Notes: generated by a model from the letters alone, not told the origin. DNA of 64,000 bases from Nostoc sp. DedSLP01 (GCA_034530875.2 JAVRCJ020000006.1:227552-291551); one strand, 5' to 3'. Numbered from the stretch's first letter, positions 30,825-41,846 are shown. Numbers and translations: made by a program.

Positions 30825-31868
30825 CTACATGTTACGAGAGCGAGCGCTGAAAACTCGTTCCATTTGCTTAAAGTTTTCTAACACGCGACCTGTCCCCAAG
30901 ACAACACAACTTAAAGGATCGGCGGCAATGTGGGTGACAATGCCTGTTTCATGACTAATCAGGGTATCTATACCTTTGAGCAAAGCACCACCACCAGCCA
31001 GCATAATACCTCTGTCGATAATGTCTGCTGCTAGTTCTGGAGGGGTGCGTTCCAATGTCCGCTTCACAGCTTCTATAATTACCGATAACGGTTCGAGCAT
31101 ACTTTCACGGATTTCCGGCCCTTTGATTGTTACAGTCCGTGGCAGACCAGAAAGTAAGTGTACGCCGCGGACTTCCATCATCAGATCGTTATCTTCGTTA
31201 GTGGGATAGGCAGAACCAAGGCGAATTTTGATTTCCTCGGCAGTGCGTTCGCCAATCACTAAGTTATGCATTTTCTTGAGATACTGAACGATGGAGTCAG
31301 TAAGCTCATCGCCAGCAATACGTACTGATTCGCTTAAGACCGTACCTTGAAGACTTAGGACTGCAACTTCTGTAGTGCCGCCGCCAATATCGATAATCAT
31401 GTTACCAGTAGGTTCAGTAACAGGTAGTCCTGCACCAATTGCCGCTGCTACAGGTTCATCAATTAAGTAAACTTCTCTTGCTCCAGCTTGCTGAGCTGCA
31501 TCCATTACAGCTCGTCTTTCTACTCCTGTGACGCCACTGGGGATACCAATGACAATCCGAGGTAAAATTAGAGACCTACCTTCATTTACACGTTGAATAA
31601 AGCTTTTGAGCATCAGCTCGGCAACCTCGAAGTCAGCGATTACACCATCACGCAGGGGACGGAGAGCAATCACATTTCCAGGCGTCCGACCGAGCATTTT
31701 TTTGGCTTCTTCTCCCACAGCCAAAGCTACCTTTTCATTTTGATCGATGGCAACCACTGAAGGTTCTTGGAGTACAATACCCTTACCAGATACATAAACT
31801 AGGGTGTTTGCGGTACCAAGGTCGATACCCATATCCCATGATGTGCGAAAGTTCCTGAAAAGCCCCAC
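30825..31868 (-). CDS. mreB: Actin-like protein MreB
   Basis: GIDLGTANT, IDIGGGTTE, LAGGGALL; start may be GTG 31868 or the downstream MGIDLG. Confidence 0.97.
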   Translation of the reverse strand: MGLFRNFRTSWDMGIDLGTANTLVYVSGKGIVLQEPSVVAIDQNEKVALAVGEEAKKMLGRTPGNVIALRPLRDGVIADFEVAELMLKSFIQRVNEGRSLILPRIVIGIPSGVTGVERRAVMDAAQQAGAREVYLIDEPVAAAIGAGLPVTEPTGNMIIDIGGGTTEVAVLSLQGTVLSESVRIAGDELTDSIVQYLKKMHNLVIGERTAEEIKIRLGSAYPTNEDNDLMMEVRGVHLLSGLPRTVTIKGPEIRESMLEPLSVIIEAVKRTLERTPPELAADIIDRGIMLAGGGALLKGIDTLISHETGIVTHIAADPLSCVVLGTGRVLENFKQMERVFSARSRNM

Positions 31869-32174
31869 GCGTCTCTAAGCCCCCTATGCGCTACTTTTTG
31901 ATTAAAACAATTAAGAGTTAATAGTGTTATATGCTATTCGTTTGTATCCTGAGTCCAGTAAACTAGACTATATCTTTATATAATTCCCAGCAATATTAAC
32001 TATGTCTCAGGCATCTATGTTTCTATCTTCTACGGTGAAGTTAGTATATCCGTATACTTTTATGGGTTTCTCCAAGTGTTATGTATAATTTTTCAATTCA
32101 ATCATATTGTTAACTCTTTAAGACATTATTTTCAATAGTTTGCTAATTCGCTATGATAGGAGTCTAGACTAATC

Positions 32175-32188
32175 AGTACGTTTGTACT
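32175..32188. promoter_or_regulatory. LexA (SOS) box upstream of ssb
   Basis: AGTACGTTTGTACT fits the cyanobacterial consensus RGTAC-N4-GTWCB, 14 nt before the ssb ATG. Confidence 0.8.
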
Positions 32189-32202
32189 AAAAGGTAGCAC
32201 AG

Positions 32203-32562
32203 ATGAGTATCAATATTGTCACCCTTATTGGTCGTGTAGGCGGCGACCCAGAGATTAAATATTTTGAGTCTGGTAGTGTTAAATGTCGGTTGACACTAGC
32301 CGTTAATCGCCGCACAAAAGATGGCGAGCATACCGATTGGTTTAATTTGGAATTATGGGGAAAAACGGCAGAGGTGGCAGGTAATTATGTGCGTAAAGGT
32401 AGACAAATTGCCGTCAAAGGTTCTTTAAAGTTTGACACATGGAGCGATCGCCAAACAGGAGCAAACCGTTCTTCACCAGTTATCCAAGTAGACCAACTGG
32501 ATTTATTAGGCTCTAAGCGCGATGCCGAAGGCGGCGGAGATTTTTCACCAGAAAATTTCTAA
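32203..32562 (+). CDS. ssb: Single-stranded DNA-binding protein
   Basis: INIVTLIGRVGGDPE, TDWF, WGKTAE, KGRQIAVKGSL. Confidence 0.96.
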   Translation: MSINIVTLIGRVGGDPEIKYFESGSVKCRLTLAVNRRTKDGEHTDWFNLELWGKTAEVAGNYVRKGRQIAVKGSLKFDTWSDRQTGANRSSPVIQVDQLDLLGSKRDAEGGGDFSPENF

Positions 32563-32695
32563 TTACAAAAAGACGGCGAGTAAGGCCATTGCTTGTATAA
32601 GTGCAACGAACTTCGCTCGTCGTCTCGATCGAGAGTCATTAGTATGTATTTCAAGATTTTCGTTATTTGAAACACTAATGACTAATAACTAATGA

Positions 32696-33448
32696 CTAAT
32701 AACTAATTTGCAACGTTACAGATGCTTCTACTTGCTGTTCGCCACCAATCACGGGGGTGGAAGCATCAGCTGCATTCTGCAATTTAGCTGCCTCAGCACG
32801 ATATAACACTGGTGGTGGAGGCGCACTTGCATTATTAACTTGAATGCTTACTACTTCTTTGGGGCTGAAACCCAAAGCACTGAAAACAGCATTAGCTTGC
32901 AGCCTAGCATTTTGAGTCGCTTCTGCTAATGCCTCGTTTTGCGCTCTAGCGATCGCTTCATCATTCGCAATAAAACTAACACCTTCAATTTGTGTTGCAC
33001 CTGCTTTGACTGCGCCATCTAATAACGTACCAGTTTCCTGAATCGGAATGCGAAAACTCACAGTATTAGTGGCAGCATAGCCTGTAATTCGCTGCACATT
33101 ATTGTTGTAGCTATAAACTGGATTGAGACGAATACCAGTAGTTTGTAATTTTTCAACATTTTGGCTTTTGAGAAACGCAACTACAGCCGACGACCTGCGG
33201 GCGGCTTCTTGCTGTGCTTCCTGTGCAGTTTTACTTTGAATTTCGACTCCTAAACTGACTTGCGCTAAGGTTGCGGGAACTGCTTCCGTTCCGCGACCAT
33301 TAACAGTTAGAGTTCGCCACATTTTCTCCTTTTCTTGTGCCAAGGCAGGTGGCAGTGTAAAAGCTGTAAATAAAAGCAAAGTTAAAGACAGTGTTTTCCA
33401 CATATTTGCAGATGGAAACAGAGAACCGGGTAAAGCGGCTCTAGTCAT
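32696..33448 (-). CDS. SIMPL/DUF541 periplasmic protein
   Basis: Signal peptide, TLTVNGRG, ITGYAATNTV, GEQQVEASVTL. Confidence 0.88.
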   Translation of the reverse strand: MTRAALPGSLFPSANMWKTLSLTLLLFTAFTLPPALAQEKEKMWRTLTVNGRGTEAVPATLAQVSLGVEIQSKTAQEAQQEAARRSSAVVAFLKSQNVEKLQTTGIRLNPVYSYNNNVQRITGYAATNTVSFRIPIQETGTLLDGAVKAGATQIEGVSFIANDEAIARAQNEALAEATQNARLQANAVFSALGFSPKEVVSIQVNNASAPPPPVLYRAEAAKLQNAADASTPVIGGEQQVEASVTLQISY

Positions 33449-33669
33449 AAGATTTGCACTCCTCAGAACAAATGTTTTTAGTTAAGCGTATATAGCAATC
33501 CTTTGGTGGCTGTTGACTTTCAACAACCACCACAAGTTTTTCATAATTCAAATGCGATCGCCAGAGACGATTTGTATGTTTATACTTTGACACCACCAGA
33601 ATCAAAACCTGGAATGGTTACATTTTTGGAAACTGAAAAAATTACACTCATATTTTTGGAGATTTGGTG

Positions 33670-34083
33670 ATGGCGTATTGGCTGCTGAAAACTGAACCAG
33701 AAAATTATTCCTACTTCGATTTGGAACGGGACGGCAGTACAATTTGGGATGGAGTCAACAATCCTCTAGCCCTCAAACATATACGCACTATGCAGATTGG
33801 TGATTTGGCGTTGATTTATCACACAGGCAAAGAACGACAAATCATAGGTCTAGCAGAAATAATTAGTCAACCTTATATCGATCCAGCACTCAACGATAGT
33901 AAACGCGCAGTTATGGATATACGGGCAGTGCGACGAGTAAAGCAACCCGTCACTTTAGCCCAAATCAAGCAAGATGAAAAATTTACAGATTTTGACTTGC
34001 TGCGAATTTCTAGACTTTCTGTAGTTCCGGTTTCTGAAGCCTATTGGCAGCGCTTAATTTATTTGACAAATGGTACAAATTAA
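33670..34083 (+). CDS. EVE domain protein
   Basis: YWLLKTEP, WDGVNN, GDLALIYHTG, RISRLSVVPV. Confidence 0.92.
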   Translation: MAYWLLKTEPENYSYFDLERDGSTIWDGVNNPLALKHIRTMQIGDLALIYHTGKERQIIGLAEIISQPYIDPALNDSKRAVMDIRAVRRVKQPVTLAQIKQDEKFTDFDLLRISRLSVVPVSEAYWQRLIYLTNGTN

Positions 34084-34170
34084 GTTTATCAAGCTGCCAA
34101 TATCGTCTCCATAGGCAGATGTTTCTCAGAAACGCGTCAAAATCAAAGAGAAGGATTTTCACACAACCCA

Positions 34171-35631
34171 ATGCATTTGTTAAATCCAATCAACTTGTGT
34201 TTTCCTCTGCTGGCTACCGCAACAGAAGCCGCAGACAGTTCAATGGTAGTAGCAGCGGTGCTACTGAGCTTAGTAGTCGTTTACCTTGCCAGCAAAGTTG
34301 GTGGGGAGTTATCAAACAAAGCAGGTTTACCGCCCGTCTTAGGCGAACTCGTAGGCGGCGTGATAGTAGGTGTCTCTGTTTTACATCTTTTGGTATTTCC
34401 AGAAGGCGGCACAGATGCTTCTAATTCTTTGATTATGACCTTCCTGCAAACTACAGCGGGTTTATCTCCCGAAGCTACTCCAGCAGTGTTTGCAGCACAG
34501 TCCGAGGTCGTTTCCGTTTTAGCAGAGTTGGGCGTGATTATCTTACTGTTTGAAATTGGTTTAGAGTCAAACCTAAAAGAATTAATGGCAGTAGGTATCC
34601 AAGCCACCGTCGTCGCAGTGGTGGGGGTAGCAGTACCCTTTGCTGCTGGTACTGTGGGATTAATGACTTTGTTTGGTATTGGTGCTATCCCAGCAATTTT
34701 TGCAGGTGCGGCTTTAACTGCCACTAGTATTGGGATTACTTCCAAAGTACTGTCAGAACTGGGGCGACTCAATTCTCGAGAAGGGCAAATTATTCTCGGT
34801 GCTGCTGTGATTGACGACGTTCTGGGAATCATCGTCTTAGCAGTGGTTGGCAGTTTAGCTAAAGATGGTGTGGTGGACGTTGGCAAAGTTATTTATTTGA
34901 TAGTCAGTGCCACTGGTTTTATTTTGGGAGCAATATTGCTAGGCAATGTTTTCAATAAATCCTTTGTGGCGATTGCCGATCGGCTCAAGACACGAGGAGA
35001 ATTGGTAATACCGGCATTCATCTTCGCTTTTGCAATGGCATATCTGGCTGCTGTCATCCAGTTAGAAGCAATTTTGGGAGCTTTTGCCGCAGGTTTAGTC
35101 TTAGAAGAGACAGATAAACGCAAAGAACTGCAAAGGCAAGTCTGTCCCATTGCGGATATGCTAGTGCCAATTTTCTTTGTGACAGTTGGTGCAAAAACTG
35201 ATTTGGGAGTCTTAAACCCAGCGATTCCCGAGAATCGCGAAGGTCTAATTATGGCAACTTTCCTGATCGCCGTAGCCATTATCGGTAAAGTAATCACAGG
35301 CTTAAGCGTGTTTGGTCAACCAGGAATCAACCGTTTAGCGATCGGTGTAGGCATGATTCCCAGAGGCGAAGTCGGGTTAGTATTTGCTGGTGTCGGCGCT
35401 GCTAGCGGCGTTCTCTCAAAACCACTGGGAGCAGCAATCATCATGATGGTTATCTTAACCACCTTTTTAGCTCCTCCCTTGTTACGATTTGTATTTCCAG
35501 AACCACAAACCGTGGATGCAACCTCAGAACAACTAATTTTAGATGGTGCTTCTGGAACATCATTGGTAATCGAATCACCCCAGTCAAAGGTGCCAGTTTC
35601 AGAAGTAACTTCAGAACCTGGGGATAGTTAA
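34171..35631 (+). CDS. CPA2 Na+/H+ antiporter (NhaS3-like)
   Basis: LFEIGLES, TATSIGIT, AAVIDDVLG, GMIPRGEVGL. Confidence 0.92.
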   Translation: MHLLNPINLCFPLLATATEAADSSMVVAAVLLSLVVVYLASKVGGELSNKAGLPPVLGELVGGVIVGVSVLHLLVFPEGGTDASNSLIMTFLQTTAGLSPEATPAVFAAQSEVVSVLAELGVIILLFEIGLESNLKELMAVGIQATVVAVVGVAVPFAAGTVGLMTLFGIGAIPAIFAGAALTATSIGITSKVLSELGRLNSREGQIILGAAVIDDVLGIIVLAVVGSLAKDGVVDVGKVIYLIVSATGFILGAILLGNVFNKSFVAIADRLKTRGELVIPAFIFAFAMAYLAAVIQLEAILGAFAAGLVLEETDKRKELQRQVCPIADMLVPIFFVTVGAKTDLGVLNPAIPENREGLIMATFLIAVAIIGKVITGLSVFGQPGINRLAIGVGMIPRGEVGLVFAGVGAASGVLSKPLGAAIIMMVILTTFLAPPLLRFVFPEPQTVDATSEQLILDGASGTSLVIESPQSKVPVSEVTSEPGDS

Positions 35632-36065
35632 TCGTTAGGGCATGGGGTAAGCAGGAAGTGTGGGAGGTGTGGGAGGAGAGGGGGGCATAAATTCTCTTTC
35701 TGCCCACACTTCCCTATTTGCCTATCTCCTCAGCCCCTCTGCCCCCATCCCTCCATCTCCCCCTGACGGGTGGAAACTTCTCTTCCTAAATCTCCGTCCC
35801 GTGTGATTATAAAATTGTGGGTTTCTTTGTAATTTCTACTAGTATTCGGAATGTTACTTATTTCCAGTTTCTATGTACTCCTCAGTTTTAATTTGAAGAT
35901 TTTTCAAGTAATTAGGGATTAACACCCATAAAAAAAGCAAAATCGACAGACAGTAGTAGGAATTATTTATTTAGTGCATCAATGGCAACAAACAACAAAC
36001 ACTTATTTGTGAAGAGTTATCAGTTATTTAGTCTTATTGGGAGTTAGAGCCGCCCACCTCTATAA

Positions 36066-36110
36066 ATGACAGCTTTCACTTTGGATCTAAATCCTGATAT
36101 GAAATTTAGC
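36066..36110 (+). pseudogene. Possible 5' remnant of a Uma2-family gene
   Basis: MTAFTLDLNP resembles cyanobacterial Uma2 N-termini, but the frame runs straight into repeat DNA. Confidence 0.35.
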
Positions 36111-36211
36111 AACTTTTCGCTGATAAATCACATTGACTTAAGTGTGTCTTTATACCAACTTAATCAAAAAAGGCATCAAAGCTCAAGTTTAGATGGTGGC
36201 GGTGTGATGAT

Positions 36212-36318
36212 TAGACCTCTTGCAAAAGTCCCTAACACCCCACCCCCAACCCCTCCCCTTGCTAAGGTCAGCAAATGCGGGGTGGGGTTCTTTCTTTTCG
36301 ATTTATGCAAGAGGTCTA
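36212..36318. mobile_element. 107-bp MITE-like element
   Basis: Perfect 13-bp terminal inverted repeat TAGACCTCTTGCA ... TGCAAGAGGTCTA with internal ACCCCACCCC/GCGGGGTGGGGT arms. Confidence 0.8.
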
Positions 36319-36529
36319 TTTACCAATGAATTGAAATCTTGACCGAAGCAGTGCTGAGCAACAATTAGCAACAAATAAGCCAAATAAAGCACATAAATAT
36401 TCTTTGTTCGGTTATTTAATCCCAGAGTTACCCGATCGCTTCAGGCTTGTTGAGATTTAAATTGCGCTGATGGAGTGTCTACTCAGCACTACTTAAGGCT
36501 CCCATGAATGTGAATTAGGAGAAAGGACT

Positions 36530-38410
36530 GTGAAATTACACTGGTTACTACCCAGCGCGATTGGAACTATCTTCATGCTTTCCTCACCAGCAATGGCTGG
36601 GAGACTGGAATCTTGGCGCTTTGATGCCAATCAAAATAAATTAGAAATTAATACTTTAGGGAATGTTCAACCCCAAGCACAATTAATTTTCAATCCGACT
36701 CGCTTGGTAATTGATTTGCCAGGAACGACATTTGGGCGTCCCCAGGTTACCCAACAGATAGGTAATGGGATTCGTTATATCCGTGTTGGGCAGTTTGACA
36801 CAGAAACAACGCGTATAGTCGTCGAACTGACTCCCGGTTATACTTTAGACCCCAAACGAGTGCAGTTTGTAGGCAGAAGTGGCGATCGCTGGACAGTGCA
36901 ATTACCTAGACCAGAACTCGATCGAACAGCCTCTCCCCCAAGAAGTGTTTACAGTGTAGTCACCCCAGATTCTAGTCCTCGACCTAATTTATCCACGGTC
37001 GCCACCAGTCCCAGAGCAGCGACTCAAATTGACAGCTTACAAGTCACAGGCGATGGGTTTTTCATCCGCACCAGTGGCGCTAATCCACCGATTCAGGTAG
37101 TTCGCAGCCGCGATCGCGGTAGCATCTTCATAGATATTTCTGGCGCATCTTTATCGCCACGGCTGATACAGCAAAATAATCAGCCCGTTAACAAATTCGG
37201 CGTTAACCGTATTGAATTCACCCAACTACGAACTCAACCACCAGGTGTCCGTTTAACTTTGCGGGTAAATAAAAATAGCCCAGACTGGCGAGCAAGTACA
37301 AGTAGAGATGGTGGTTTAATAGTTCTGCCTACTCGCGTTGTCACGCTGCCTGAAAGTAATAATTTCAACAATGTGCCAGAACCTCCTGCTTTTCCCAGCA
37401 GACCATTGGCCAATAACTCCCCAGCCACAATTGAATCGGTGGAACTAGCTGATAATGGAACGCAACTGCTAATTAGATCTGACCAAAATGTAGCTGCTAC
37501 GGGAATCTGGGATAGAAACTCTGGTCTGTTCCGCATCACCATTTTGAATGCAAAGTTAGCCCCCAGAGTTACAGGCCCCAAGTTTGTACCCAATAGCCCC
37601 ATTCTCAGAGTACGCCTGCAATCCCAACAACCAGATAGAGTTGTTGTTTTGGTTCAACCAGCAGCGGGAATACAACTTGGGCAACCCAATCAAATCAGCG
37701 ACGAGCTTTTAGCTGTACCGATACAAGGCTCTCGGCGAATTGTCACACTCCCCGGAAGGCCACCCTATGCCATACCCCCGCTACCACCAATTAACCGCGG
37801 TCCTTTCCCAGACCCAAATAATCCTAATCCTCAGCCTGCAAGACAACCACTGCCCAGAATTAATAATGGGCGACTAGTAGTAATTGTTGACCCCGGACAC
37901 GGAGGTAAAGACTCCGGAGCCATCGGTATTGGAGGAGCGCGTGAGAAGGATGTGATCTTGCCGATTGGTAGAAGGTTGGCAGAGATTTTGCAGCAAAATG
38001 GCGTACAAGTGATACTGACACGGGACTCTGACTATTTTGTTACCCTTCCGGGACGAGTGCAATTAGCAGAGCGAGCCAATGCTGATGTGTTTGTTAGCAT
38101 CCACGCTAATTCAGCCGGTGCGAGTCGTCCCGATGTTAATGGTTTAGAAGTTTATTATTACGACAGCGGTTTGAGTCTAGCTCGTATTGTCCGCAGTAGC
38201 ATTCTTCAAAGCATTAGTAATCTCAGAGACAGGGGAGTGCGACGAGCGAGATTTTATGTTTTGAGAAAAAGTTCTATGCCCTCGATTCTGGTGGAAACTG
38301 GTTATATGACTGGTCGAGAAGATATGGCTAGGCTCAGAACTTCAGCTTACCAAAATCAAATGGCAGAAGCGATCGCTCGTGGCGTTCTTCAATACCTGAA
38401 GAGAAGATAA
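36530..38410 (+). CDS. amiC1: N-acetylmuramoyl-L-alanine amidase with AMIN domains (septal nanopore amidase)
   Basis: NPTRLVIDLPG AMIN motif, DPGHGG, FVSIHAN, SILVETGY; first gene of a tandem pair before murI. Confidence 0.9.
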   Translation: MKLHWLLPSAIGTIFMLSSPAMAGRLESWRFDANQNKLEINTLGNVQPQAQLIFNPTRLVIDLPGTTFGRPQVTQQIGNGIRYIRVGQFDTETTRIVVELTPGYTLDPKRVQFVGRSGDRWTVQLPRPELDRTASPPRSVYSVVTPDSSPRPNLSTVATSPRAATQIDSLQVTGDGFFIRTSGANPPIQVVRSRDRGSIFIDISGASLSPRLIQQNNQPVNKFGVNRIEFTQLRTQPPGVRLTLRVNKNSPDWRASTSRDGGLIVLPTRVVTLPESNNFNNVPEPPAFPSRPLANNSPATIESVELADNGTQLLIRSDQNVAATGIWDRNSGLFRITILNAKLAPRVTGPKFVPNSPILRVRLQSQQPDRVVVLVQPAAGIQLGQPNQISDELLAVPIQGSRRIVTLPGRPPYAIPPLPPINRGPFPDPNNPNPQPARQPLPRINNGRLVVIVDPGHGGKDSGAIGIGGAREKDVILPIGRRLAEILQQNGVQVILTRDSDYFVTLPGRVQLAERANADVFVSIHANSAGASRPDVNGLEVYYYDSGLSLARIVRSSILQSISNLRDRGVRRARFYVLRKSSMPSILVETGYMTGREDMARLRTSAYQNQMAEAIARGVLQYLKRR

Positions 38411-38826
38411 ATAATTTCGTCTAAAGTTTTGGGTAAATACATCTAAAATGATTACTAAATTTATACAATTTAATAGTGATTTTGACGACGGTATTGCTGG
38501 TCTTGGGAACAAATTCAGCTCGTTTAGACTCATCAAAATCTTTAACTCCCAATAGGCATAATTCTAACTACTCCCTCACGAGTAAAAAATTACTAATTTC
38601 TGCTTGCTTCTGCTTGACTCGAAGAACTACCAAGCATTCGGGAGTTACGTAAAAAATTTAGGTATTCTTGCGGCGGGAGAGGAGTAGCTTCTTTGTTATT
38701 GTCATCTGGTGCTTTGCAGGTCTAATTTATATGGACTAGAAGCATGGCAAAATCAGATGAGCGTGCTATATTTTACGCCTAGCTGTATCTTCATAACAGC
38801 GCAAAACTCAAATTTAGGCGGTGATG

Positions 38827-38835
38827 GTGTGAGGA
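38827..38835 (+). promoter_or_regulatory. Putative Yfr1 sRNA target site in the amiC2 leader
   Basis: GTGTGAGGA is complementary to the conserved Yfr1 motif ACUCCUCACAC; amiC2 is recalled as a reported Yfr1 target in Nostoc. Confidence 0.6.
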
Positions 38836-38893
38836 TTTGCCAATATGTTGAGATGTTGACGGCTCCCATGAATGTGAATCAGGAGAAAAGACT

Positions 38894-40783
38894 GTGAAAT
38901 TACGCTGGTTATTATCCAGTACTATTGGAACGATCTTCATGCTGTCATCGCCGGCAATGGCCGCGAGACTAGAATCTTGGCGCTTTGATGCCAATCAAAA
39001 CAAACTGGAAATTAATACTTTGGGAGATGTTCAACCCCAAGCACAATTAATTTTCAACCCCACTCGGCTGGTAATTGATTTGCCAGGAACAACATTTGGG
39101 CGTCCGCAACTAACGCAACAAATAGGCAGTGGTATTCGTTATATCCGCATCGGGCAGTTTGACACAGAAACAACGCGCATAGTGGTAGAACTAGCCCCAG
39201 GTTATAGTTTAGACCCAAAAAAAGTACAATTTATCGCTACAGGTGGCAATCGCTGGACAGTGCAATTACCTACGCCAGTAGCCGAAAATGCACCTTCAAT
39301 AAATCCTCAAGAGCCAGAAATAGCTACAGCAACACCACCGAGAACGCCTACACCAGCGTTTCCACCAAGAAATATTTATAATGTGGTGACACCTGATTCC
39401 TTGAATAGACTTAACAACAGAACAGCTGTCGCTAGAGTTACTCAAATTCAAGACTTAAAAATTACAGGCGATGGGTTTTTTATTGTCACCAACGGTGGCA
39501 ATCCTCAGATTAAAGTAAATCGTAGCAGCGATCGCCAAGAAATTAATATTGATATTGCTGGCGCAACTCTCTCACCGAATCTACAGCAAGATTTGCCCAT
39601 TAATCGCTACGGAGTCAGCCGCATCCAGTTCTCGCAACTGGAAAATAGCCCGTCTGTGGTTCGCATGACCTTACAGGTTAACAGCAATGGCTCTGACTGG
39701 CGGGCAACTACTAGCACTGTCGGCGGTTTTATAGTTCTGCCCAGTCGCGGTCTTGCCCAGTTACCAGGAAATAATACTCCGCGCCCGATACCAGATGCCA
39801 ATAGTTCGCCTGCTACTATTCAATCTGTGGAACTAGCTGGTAATGGCACGCAACTGATAATTAGAGCCGACCAAAACTTATCTGCTACAGCAGGTTGGGA
39901 TAGAACTTCTGGTTTATTCCGCATCACTATTAACAATGCTCGATTAGCTCCTAAAGTTATCGGCCCTACTTTTAATGCTAATAGCCCTATCCTCCGCGTT
40001 CGCTTGCAACCACAACCAGCCAACACTGTCACCGTCTTAGTTCAACCAGCAGCCGGAGTCAGAATTGGCGAACTCAACCAAGTTGGCGACCAGTTTTTGG
40101 CTCTAGAATTACAGCGTGTTAGCAGCAGCATCACACCCCCCATTGTTTTACCTCCTCTACCATCAAACCAAGGTCAACTCCCTACCCCCACAGATAACCC
40201 TCGTCCCATACCCCAACCACAGACACGGCCGCCAATTCCTCAAGGAAAATTGCTAGTAGTAATTGACCCAGGACATGGTGGCAAAGATTCTGGCGCCCCT
40301 GGTTTGGGCGGACTCTTAGAAAAGGATGTGGTCTTGCCTATTGGAAGAAGAGTCGGAGCTATTCTAGAGCAAAATGGCATACAAGCAGTACTGACAAGGG
40401 ATGCTGACTTTTTTGTAGAACTTCAAGGACGGGTGGACATTGCCGAACGAGTCAATGCAACTTTGTTTGTCAGCATTCACGCTAATTCGGTTGATAATCG
40501 TCCTAGTGTCAATGGCTTAGAAGTCTATTATTACGACAGCGGTTATGCTCTAGCTGAAGTAGTTCGCAATACAATTCTGCAAAACATCTCTACCATTAAA
40601 GACCGGGGAACCCGCAAAGCTAGATTCTACGTTCTCAGGAAAAGCTCTATGCCCTCGATTTTAGTGGAAACAGGCTATATGACTGGTAATGAAGATAATC
40701 CCAGATTAGGATCGCCAGAATATCAAAATCAAATGGCACAAGCGATCGCTAGTGGCATCCTCAAATACTTACGCCAAAGGTAA
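38894..40783 (+). CDS. amiC2: N-acetylmuramoyl-L-alanine amidase with AMIN domains
   Basis: Same architecture as the upstream paralog; directly upstream of murI. Confidence 0.9.
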   Translation: MKLRWLLSSTIGTIFMLSSPAMAARLESWRFDANQNKLEINTLGDVQPQAQLIFNPTRLVIDLPGTTFGRPQLTQQIGSGIRYIRIGQFDTETTRIVVELAPGYSLDPKKVQFIATGGNRWTVQLPTPVAENAPSINPQEPEIATATPPRTPTPAFPPRNIYNVVTPDSLNRLNNRTAVARVTQIQDLKITGDGFFIVTNGGNPQIKVNRSSDRQEINIDIAGATLSPNLQQDLPINRYGVSRIQFSQLENSPSVVRMTLQVNSNGSDWRATTSTVGGFIVLPSRGLAQLPGNNTPRPIPDANSSPATIQSVELAGNGTQLIIRADQNLSATAGWDRTSGLFRITINNARLAPKVIGPTFNANSPILRVRLQPQPANTVTVLVQPAAGVRIGELNQVGDQFLALELQRVSSSITPPIVLPPLPSNQGQLPTPTDNPRPIPQPQTRPPIPQGKLLVVIDPGHGGKDSGAPGLGGLLEKDVVLPIGRRVGAILEQNGIQAVLTRDADFFVELQGRVDIAERVNATLFVSIHANSVDNRPSVNGLEVYYYDSGYALAEVVRNTILQNISTIKDRGTRKARFYVLRKSSMPSILVETGYMTGNEDNPRLGSPEYQNQMAQAIASGILKYLRQR

Positions 40784-40913
40784 TATAGTAAAAATTACTT
40801 ATTTTAGGGGTGGTATTTGGACTTCTTTTATGTGCAGAATTTAGTGGTAAGTTTGGCAATTGTCTGCTAGATTCTGTATTTTATATCCAAAAACCTCAAT
40901 CAATAAGCTGCCT

Positions 40914-41777
40914 GTGTATTCATCTTCCACTTTTGAAGGAAATTTTGACCATTTTTCCGAGCAAGAACCCCAACGTGCTCCAATTGGTATTTTTGATAGT
41001 GGCGTAGGAGGGCTGACAGTACTGCGACAGCTATATCGCCAACTTCCTAACGAATCTATTGTTTACTTTGGGGATACAGCTCGACTTCCTTACGGGATTC
41101 GTTCGCAAGCAGAAATTTTACAATTTACCCGTGAAATCCTCACCTGGCTAGAACAGCAACGGGTAAAAATGGTAATTATGGCTTGTAACACCAGTTCTGC
41201 TTTAGCATTAGACACTGTGCGTCAAGAATTCAGCATACCTATACTAGGAGTAATCCTACCAGGGGCAAGAGCAGCAGTACAGCAAGGAAAGCGCATCGGT
41301 GTAATTGCCACTCCAGCTACGGCTAAGAGTAATGCTTATAAGCACGCCATACTCGAAATTAATCCGGACATCCAAGTTTGGCAAGTTGGATGTCCGGAGT
41401 TTGTGCCCCTGATCGAGCAAAATCGCATTCACGACCCTTATACTACTCAAGTAGCACGAGGCTATCTAGAGCCTTTATTAGAACAAGAAATTGATACTTT
41501 AGTCCACGGCTGTACGCATTATCCGCTTCTAACACCAGTATTGCGATCGCTCCTACCCTCTCAAGTCCAGTTAGTAGACCCAGCTATTCACGTTGTCGCA
41601 GCTTGTGCCCAAGAGCTAGATTTACTAGGCTTAAGAAATACTCACCTTCCACTACCCACTCGCTTTGCCGTCAGTGGTTGTCCGCAACAGTTTTCTCAGT
41701 CCGGAGTGCAGTGGCTAGGCTATACTCCCTTAGTCGAACAAGTTTGCTTTACTGATATCGCTATTTCCCAACTTTAA
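40914..41777 (+). CDS. murI: Glutamate racemase
   Basis: IGIFDSGVGGLTV, MACNTSS, GCTHYP; start codon uncertain. Confidence 0.96.
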   Translation: MYSSSTFEGNFDHFSEQEPQRAPIGIFDSGVGGLTVLRQLYRQLPNESIVYFGDTARLPYGIRSQAEILQFTREILTWLEQQRVKMVIMACNTSSALALDTVRQEFSIPILGVILPGARAAVQQGKRIGVIATPATAKSNAYKHAILEINPDIQVWQVGCPEFVPLIEQNRIHDPYTTQVARGYLEPLLEQEIDTLVHGCTHYPLLTPVLRSLLPSQVQLVDPAIHVVAACAQELDLLGLRNTHLPLPTRFAVSGCPQQFSQSGVQWLGYTPLVEQVCFTDIAISQL

Positions 41778-41807
41778 TGCAATTAATTAGTCATTAGTCT
41801 TCTCTTA

Positions 41808-41846
41808 CAAAGTTCTGAGCGGAGGAAACCTCCGATCGGAACTTTG
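41808..41846. repeat. Small hairpin repeat inserted in an STRR2 run
   Basis: CAAAGTTC-TGAGCGGAGG-AAA-CCTCCGATCG-GAACTTTG flanked by TTAGTCA units. Confidence 0.65.

Noticed and set aside
34281..35297. Long antisense ORFs (201 and 134 aa), and similar shadows over other genes
   Set aside because: Reverse-frame shadows of hydrophobic or codon-biased real genes
36066..36329. 87-aa ORF
   Set aside because: Chimera of a possible Uma2 start and MITE sequence
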